A stretch of 64,000 nucleotides of DNA from a virus. The notes under the pieces are model-generated. The model had not been told where the DNA came from and did no database searches. It saw nothing but the letters and a program-made list of their open reading frames with translations. Below, piece after piece: positions 52,101-61,100 of this stretch. The stretch lies in the IMG/VR virus record IMGVR_UViG_3300035204_001773, positions 32,001 through 96,000 of that record; one strand, given 5' to 3'. How positions within the stretch are numbered: position 1 is the first letter of the stretch; each line of letters opens with the position of its first letter. Made by a program: the position numbers and the translations under genes.

Positions 52101-55100
52101 TAACTGATCCGAAGAAATATCAGAGTCTACCCTTTCTCTTCTAACGTCGGATAAACCCGCCGCTCCTATACCCACTTCTTCTCCAGCACTTCTCATACTT
52201 GAGGCGGTCACCGTGGTTTTACCAGAAAGATTCGCTTTATCGCCTTCTACTTTTACTAATTCGCTTTCTACCTGCTCTAGTTGTGCCAACGTAACATTAT
52301 ATTCGTCAGAACCTTTCTTCATTGTTTTCAAGGTTTTAACTAGAGCCTTCACCTCTTTTTCCATCGTTTTAACAGCTGGTTCTAAACCGCTCAACGGCGA
52401 ACCGAGAACACCTTTAGTTAGGTGTCCTCCGGCACGCACAGCTGCACCCATTTTACCCGACGTAAGAGTGGTTTCTTTTTCTTTTAACCAACGAGCGAAT
52501 CCACCTTCTTCGTCATCATCAAGGAAATTTGGAATATAACCAGCCGCAGCTATTCCATAAGTGTTGGGATTTTTGCCTTCTTTTAGAGCTCGACTAACGC
52601 CTTGTCCAAGTCCTTTCTTTTCGTCAATATCGTTACCAACACCAAGGTTCAATGGGTTTGCGGTAATTCTTTTATCTTGCCCCAAGAAAATATGACTCTT
52701 CGCTTCTTGTCTGGAGATGTCTTCTCTAACTGATAAGGCATTTATTTCCCTTTCTTCTGCCTTTGCAACTTGCTCTTTTATACCCGGTGTCCATGCACTT
52801 CTTGTAAAATGTCCATCTGCAAAATTAGGAACATAACCTCGTGCGCCGTGTATTCCTCCAATTCTTTTTACTTCTTGTTCGCTTCTTGGAGAATGATGTT
52901 GCCATCCTCCCGCTGAAATTTTTTGTAATTCTTGGTCCGGACCATTCCAATGTTGTACATCGAAATAGATTGCTTTTTTCATTGCAAGATCTATAAGTCT
53001 AGCAACCGCTTCTTGTCCATTTCTGCCAGCGCCCAACTGCAAGCCAAGCCACCTCCGAGTCTTTTCTCGATTCATTAGGCGTTTCGTGCCATGTTTGGTT
53101 TCTCTTAAACCGCTCGACGCCTCACTTCTACGAGCAAGTTCACCTGCTGTGCCGGGGCTACCATCTGCAGGAGGAATCTCCGGCGCAGAACCGACCTCTT
53201 CGTCACCGGGTGTTAATTCTAACATGGCTCCGCGATGTTCTCCCCATCGTTGTGCGACACCCTCACTTCTACTTAATGAAGCAACTCCGGGTTGAGACTT
53301 TGTTCTAACGCTTTGATCAGCGAGCCACCCCTCAAAAGATCTTAGTGATTCTTCGGGAGTATTTCCTTCTCCGGCTTGTCTAGTTGTTGTTACGGTCTCT
53401 TGTTTCCAATCTGACCAACCCACGTTAGTGTAGGACATATCGGGTCTGCCATCTTCACCATATTGATATTCTCCTTCTTTGTATCCCCGAAAAAGATTTA
53501 GGAAGTTTGGTATGAATCCTAAGCTCTTCATATTAGCTAAATTTTCTGGCTTAGCTAATTGTAAAATTCTTTCTACATCATTTATATTTGTAATTTTATC
53601 AAAGCCCTCATCTAAAGTAGGAGCTTCAAAACGATTAAACATACCTTCAATAGCTGCATCTGGTATAGTTTTGCTACCGCCCTTGGCTTTTGTTAGTTCG
53701 GCTCTCCTCGCTGTAATCGCCTTAACAGCTGATATAACTTGCTGTTGTTTTTCGTCTGGTAATTGAGATATATCACTAAAGACTACCGCCTGTTTTTCGT
53801 ACCCTTTAATATCATTCTCATCGAACATATTTAAAGACATTGATCGTTCTCTTGCGGACATGTTTGTCATATCTACAGAAATATCTTTACCTGACTTACC
53901 AGCTTCCGCAACCCTTTTGTCAAATTTATTTTGAATCTCGCTTCTAACTTGGCCTATTTTATCCCAAATTAATTTAGGTATCCAAGGCTGTTGTTCAGCT
54001 TTCTCTTCATCGTATTCTGGATTTATAACTGCTTTGCCATATTTAGGATGAGTTTGACCTAATCTAGTTCCCGCTGCGGGTGTCTCAAATGAGTCGTCAT
54101 AAGTCAGTCCCATGTCTTTAGTTACTTGATTGACTATGTCATCTCTACTTACGATGAAATCTTTCGGCGCGTTCTCTTTGAGCCAAGTTGATTTACCAAC
54201 CCCCGGAGCACCGACAAGTGTTCTTAATTTTCTCGCAAAGCTCGGGACATGTCCCCTACCAAATCCCATACCGCCCATGTCACCCGCTAATGCGCCCATT
54301 AATTCTCTATGAGCTTCTTGAGAAGACTCGCTTCGCCCATCATTAACGTCTCTCCCGTTAAATTTACTGCCCGGTCCCGCATTTATAAATCCACCTTCCC
54401 CAGCATGAGATTCTCTTCTTCCTTTCAAATAAGCAGCGGCTTGAAAATGAAATCGCGTCCCGGCCCTTGGATCATAGGTTGCGGTCTTGCCTCCATCAGC
54501 ACTAAAGGCAACCGAATCATTTTTCAAATCTTGTCCTCTTGCCCACTTTTCAAAATTTGGGACAAAACCTCCTGCGCGACCCTTGCCCGTGCCCCCGGCT
54601 CGTTTGTCCACGCCCCCCATCTGTAAATATTCCGCCTGTTCAGCCTCTGATAGATCACGCATTACTTGCTTCCGAATCGCCGCTTCTTCGTCTTGCTGGC
54701 TCATTCCATAAAGATTCACGCCTTTCCGTCTTAACGTCTGGCGTGCTTTTATCTCAAGTTGGTGAAAATGCTCCCTTCTATTCTTCCTATTTTTCTCGGT
54801 TTCTTCTCTTGTTGGCTGGATATTACCTTGTTCATCTATCGCGCCCAAACTCCTAAACTCAGGTTCATTACCCGTAAAGACAGCCTCTATAAAGCTGTGC
54901 CCCTTTGCTCCTATGCCAAAAATATTATCCCCACTAATTTTTGGACTATATTCATTAAAGAATTCTTTAAGGCTGTTAATAGAATTCTTGATCTCGTCTT
55001 CGTTCAACAAGTTGCCAAGGTTTCTTGCGCTCATCTTTTGGCTTGAGGGACGCTTGTTATCTTGTTTCGGAATAAATGATTTAATGGTTCTTTTAAGTCT

Positions 55101-58100
55101 TGCCCATAGAGTTTCTTCTTTTCTTATGAGATCTTTGTCAACCTCATTGCCCGTTGGCGTTGTGCCTTTAAATCTTTCAAAGAAATTCGGAATATTACCG
55201 GCATATTTCGCTACTAATTTTTTCTTTCCAATCCGCGCGATATGATCTTTATGCAGATTATTCGCTCGCACAAGAGCTTGATCATATGCGGGATCCCCTG
55301 ATTTACCCGTTTGTAAAGCACTGATTTCAGACGAATTCAAACCCATTTCATAAAGATAATGAGGCTCTTTCGATTTAAGGTCATCTGAATCAAAATCAGT
55401 AGCTTTGATCTCTAGCCCCTGCATAGGCATCCCCGGGGTAAACATACCTCCAAATTCTTCTTGTATCCTTTCGTTAGATATATCTATTGGTTCTTCGCCA
55501 GCTGTATAAGGTTTTCCCGAGACTGTATCTTGTGGTGGCGTTCTTCCTCCTACCGTCGTCTTTTGCGCGGTAGTCATTCCATGTATCATGCCTTCCCATA
55601 ATGCTCCAGCAAGATCCCGTTTTGTCCCAACTGGTAACTTCATGCCGCCTACAGCGAATTTGCTTTGCAACTTGCCAGTTACTTGTGCTAACTGATTCTT
55701 AAAGTCTGGATCTTGAAGAGCAGCCTCTTCATCACCTCCGTATGATTGCTTAACCGTCATCCCGGGTCCAGCTTCGTCTATAAACCAAGTTCCCATATTT
55801 GGTAGGACGGTCCCAGAAACTTGTTGCTCTACTTTATCATAGAACCTATCTCTTATTCCTGAATCAAATACTTTCGGATCAAGTCCATAACGCTGAACTC
55901 TCGATGATTTGTGTCTAGAAGATATTTCCGAAGGCTCTTCTGCTGATCCACCAGACTGTCCCGGCGCTCTTGTGCCCATCGTGAGAACTGGGGTATAATG
56001 AGGCGCGCGTTCTCCTTTAGATAAATTTATTACCGTGCCATCTGCTAACGTAATTGTTTTGTCAGCAGCAAAATTAGGCACGTTCCCCCACGCGGCCATA
56101 GCTTGTTTATCTCCCATTGCGCCGAGTGCCGAGCCCTGAGCGCCACTCTTGTCAATATGATCTCTAACCCAACTAAGTTTTCTTTTTGGTCCCGTTCCCC
56201 TATTATCGCTTTCGTGAACGTAAGTTCCTAAGCTCGGCGCGTACCTCCATAAGGCGTTTGCGTCGTAATGATCTATTTGGCTTTCCTTCTTCTGCGCAGA
56301 CCTTAAAGAAGTCGATAGCCCCTTAGTAGTACGCATTGAGCTAGCGAAACTTGGAACAAATCCTCCAGCAACGCGTTGACCAGTTGTTGTGTCGATCATG
56401 TCAGGATCAGTAACCACATGCCCCTTACCCATCTCTCGAGCTTTCTTTAATAATCTTACGTGCTCTTGGGATACGCTTTTCCCCTCGCGGCTACGATCTA
56501 TTACTTTCTTATCTGGCCCGAGGAGAAGATGATAGTTTCCTTCTGTTCTATCTTCGAAGTTGGGAACAAAACCTCCTGCTACTCTTAAACGAAGCCCTCT
56601 GGCGTGACTAATAGCATCCTCGGGGCTCTTAAAAGTTTGACCTGTCGGGTTGTATTTCCATCCTCGAGTTGTTAAAGGGCTATCATAAAGAGACTGAACA
56701 TCATTCATTTCAGTCATTCCCTCAAATGGCTCCTGTCCTTTAGGCCAATGAGGCTTGGGATGTCCTGCGTCCATCAAATCTCGAACCGTTAGCCTTGACA
56801 ACCGAGAAACTTCCTCATCGTACTCGGGGTCGCCGGGATTCGCCGGTAACATAAGATAGCTAGGTCCACCATCGAATCCTCCATCCGGCTTATGATGTTT
56901 TTTCCATCCTGATGGTCGTGCAAAATTTGGAATAAAACCTGAAGCCCTCTTACTCCTTTCTATTCCGCCGGGATTTGCTCCACGGTTAGCGAAAGGAGTT
57001 TCAAAAGTCTGCACTCCCCGAACCCCAGTCATATTTAATCTTTCAATTTCTTCTATATTAGCCTTGGCGTCATCATACAAAACTAACTCGGGACTTTTTC
57101 CTGCTTCTTTGGCCTTTTTGCTCATTCTAGCCATTAGCAAGGTTTTCTTTTGAGCAGCATTTAAATAACGCCATTGCCTACTTCCTTGCCCCTCTGGCCA
57201 TCCATCTTCGCCTAATTTTTCAAACTGGCCATGAAATCTACCGCCTTGAATAAAATCTTTTTTTCTAACAAGGCCTACTTCAAGACCTGTCTCAGGATCA
57301 ATTGTACTAAAGTCTGGATTATCCATAACCTTCATGTCGTTGAACATGGATCCGCTAGTTATAACCCTATCAACATTTACCCCTTGACTTTCGAGTTGTC
57401 TCCTGATTACCGCGTTTGTTCCCTCTCCTTGAGTAATGGCTTGACGTGACCCTGCTCCTCTAGCAGTCGCTACAGTGACTGGTGCTTGTGATGCCTTATA
57501 ATCTTCTCCTCTACTTGTCAGGGTTGACTTCTTTACCGACCAAGGGAATGCAAAAGATCTACTTGGCATATCGGCGGGATATGTGCCAAGATTTTCATCA
57601 TAGTCTTCGAGATTAACTACTTCACCGTCTTCTAAATCTCTGGGCCTTACATAGTTAGGAACAACACGTCTTCCTCTATTTGAGGAAAGAAAATTAGGTA
57701 CGTTACCGCGGAAAACATTATACGTTTTTCCCTTGTGTCTTTTTAAATCCGGTCTTGCTTTTTCTACTTCATCATAGAAAGCGGTATAATCTATGGGCGC
57801 ATCTAACGTTCCCGCTAATTGCTCATGGCTTCTTGCGTCATCCCTGTGAGATGTTGATAGTCTAGATTCCCGTTGACCTCGCACTTCTTCTTGAGATTTG
57901 TCAAGACCAATTAGCCTCTTGCTCATTCCAAGCACGTTACCGAAGAAATCATTATTAAGACTTTCCCCTCCATGAATTATTGCGAACTTATCCATCGCGT
58001 CGAATTGACTCTGGTTAGTTACCAGAACCCCTTTTCCTACGTTGGGTATTTTCTTATCAAGAGCTTTGTTGCCTGATTTCAAACCGGCGAAAGTAGATTT

Positions 58101-61100
58101 CCCTGAGCCAGCTGGCCCCATGACAGTACTCACGGGCTTGCCAGTTTGAAAAGCGTCATAAACCAATTCTTCCCACGAATCTCTGTCCATTTTTGATCTA
58201 TCGAAATCGAGAACACCTCTAGCAAAATTTGGAATCATTCCTGAAGCTTTCAACGCCATACTGCTCGAATCAAACGCTGGAACATGCCCCATGTACTTCG
58301 GTAGAGCATTTATGGAACTAGCTGTTGTCGCTAGTGCTTTTCTAGACTTTCGCTTTTCCTCTTCCTGTCTTCTTGTAAATAAAGCGTGAGAATGCTCCCA
58401 TTGCTCTTTAAATTGCCCCTCGTTAATAAATGAATTTATAGTATCTTTACTTATTTCGCCCCCCTCGTCTCCTGCTGTTCGAGAAAATTCGGAACCATGC
58501 AATAAAGCACCGATAGTTTTATCTACCCTTTCTTTATCCGCTGCCCCCATGTCCCCAGAGAAATACGAGTCTGGATCTAAGCCTTCTAATTCTAACCCAG
58601 CGACTTTTGCTATTGGATTATTTTTTCTTTTAATATTCTCTTTAGATGATAAACCAAGACCTCCGTGTTTCGGGTCTCCACGCCTTATGCCAAACCAATC
58701 TTTAGACCCAGCGGTTTGAACTGTATTAACTATTCTAGAACCAAACTCGGTTGCTTCAAATAATTTATCAGCCATACTATTCATATTACCCTGACTCGTA
58801 CTATTTTTGGCATCTGCTAAAGGAGTTTTCACACCAAAGGTATCAGGGTGCCTAAGCTTGTGATATCCCCCATCTCGCCCTTCCATATAGTCCCATCTAG
58901 TAGAACTAGATTTAGCAAAATCAGTATCATCATAAACTAAAGCATCCACAGACCCCTCGAACGCTCTACCAACTGCTTGAGCCATTTGCCCTGTTCCAAC
59001 AACTTTATTTACATATTTTTTGATATCAGCCTCGTCAGCTGGCGGTTTAAAATATTGATTTGCATATCTTGATACTTCTGCTCCAATTTGATTATTGATT
59101 GACTCTTGCGCCTCAGAACTATCCGGTGCTCTTTTCGCTGACAAAGCAGGAAAAGAAGCCTTTAAAGAAACCCCATAAGCTCCGAAGGTCTGTTGTGCTT
59201 TATCATTAAATTTTACATTATAAACCCCCGGAGTTGGTGTGCGCTTACCCCCACCTTTATCAGGCAAGAGTATGGAAGCCATGTGATGAGCATTGACTAC
59301 TCCTCCGGGTAAAATATCTGCTTGACCGCTTGCTCTTTTGAGTTGCTTTTTAATTGGGTCTAATTTTTCATTAGTTAAATCTAAATAAGTTCTTGGAATT
59401 TTTAATTTCTCTTTCTCTGCTGCCATAAAATTAGGCACACTGCCAACTGCTGTAAATTTATTAAACTCACTCTTCTTAACTTTCTCAATTGTTTTTTCTA
59501 AAACTTTTTGTACCTGCGGTTTATACTTTGGTAAAATAGCTGAATCTCCACCCTTAAGCCCCTTGGGTTTAACGCCGTATCTCTGAAACAGTTCTTTAGC
59601 AGTAAACTCCTGCTCACTAGAATTCATTATTACGCGTTTACCATCGATCGTGCCCCTAGACATATGCGCTCTAGTTCCAGAGGCTGCCCCCATAGCTCTG
59701 GCCATCTTTGTTTCTTCTTTATATGGGTCATAAAAGAAGTTAGGAATATTGCCCGAGGCATTCCCGCCGCCGCCTTTCTTCCCGGGGACATCCCAACCAC
59801 CGCCCTTCATAGGGAACATAACTCCTCCGCCAAAACTTCCAGTAGAATGCATTGTCTTAGCTAACATAGCAACAATTTTAGCTTGATTCGTCATTTCTCT
59901 ATTCTCTGCTCTTATTTTTTCTAAAAGATCTCTATGAACATCTGCAAGAGATTTTGTACCTCGCATAATTTCTTTTAACATCCTCGGCTCTTCAGCAAGC
60001 AGTGAATTCAATTGGGTTTGAATCCTCTGTTGGTCCGCCATGTGCTTACCTCCCCCGCTAATCGTTTTAAAAGCGTCTACGGCATAAATCCTAAGTTTAT
60101 CAAATAATTTAAACAAAGCCATAATACCCACGGCAAGACCCGGACCTTTTAAAAATTCTCCGAGACCTTTCGACATTCCAGAAGAAAGCTTAGATCCCAG
60201 ACTCTCTCCCGAAGCCCCAAGGTCGGTTGATTCTAAAACTGTATTTATGCCCGAAAGAACTCTTTTTATAGCGGGGGCAAGAGCATCTTCTCCCAGCTTA
60301 GAACCGGCTTGTTTTAAATTAGCCATGGTTCTATTAATTAAAGTGCTAAAGCTTTGGTTCAATTTTTCATTTCTCGCAATAGCTTCATCGGTAGCAGAGG
60401 TGGCAATACCTAAAGCGTTTTCATATATTGAAAATTCTTTTGTTAAATCACTCAAAGAAGCTTTTAAAATATTAATTTGGAATACGCCACCAACTAATTC
60501 AGCAATCTGAGCTTGTTGCGATTGCGCTAGGCTATCGTACTGCCTCGCTAAATTTTGCAGCACTTGCATAAGAGGCATCATTTGCCCGCTTTGCTTTTTG
60601 GTTTGCACGCCAATTTCTTCAAGTGCCTCTAAGACTCTAGGCCTTTGTATTCTTGTGAAAATAGTTTTGAACGCGTTACCAATAACATTACCACCACGAG
60701 CAGTAACTTGTTGAGTGGCCGTTATAACTGCAAGTAGTTCTTCAAATTTTACTCCCGCTCCAGCAGCCGTGCTTCCTACTCTTCGGATTGCTTCAGCAAG
60801 GTCACCAGAACTCACGGCAAAAGCCTGATCAACCTGAGCCATCTTACTAATTATTTCTGTAGAATTTAGAGCCGCCCTTGAATAGCCGTTCATAGCAGCA
60901 GTAATCGCGTTTACAGCAGCGGCGGCATCTAATCCAGAAATTCTTGTTAGTATAAGAGCGTCTTGGGTCCTTTTAAGGGTTTCTTGCATCCCAAGACCTT
61001 GTCTTGCGAATTCTCCAGCAGCAGTAGCCACTGTTTGGAAACTTTGCGCTGTGTTTCTGGCTACATCAAATAATGAATTTCCAAATTTAGTAAGTTGGTT

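Noticed and set aside
52524-59753. Linker array as a CRISPR, integron-cassette or DNA-level repeat array
   Set aside because: Copies differ at synonymous positions, are only ~18 nt, are irregularly spaced and stay in frame; conservation is at the peptide level.
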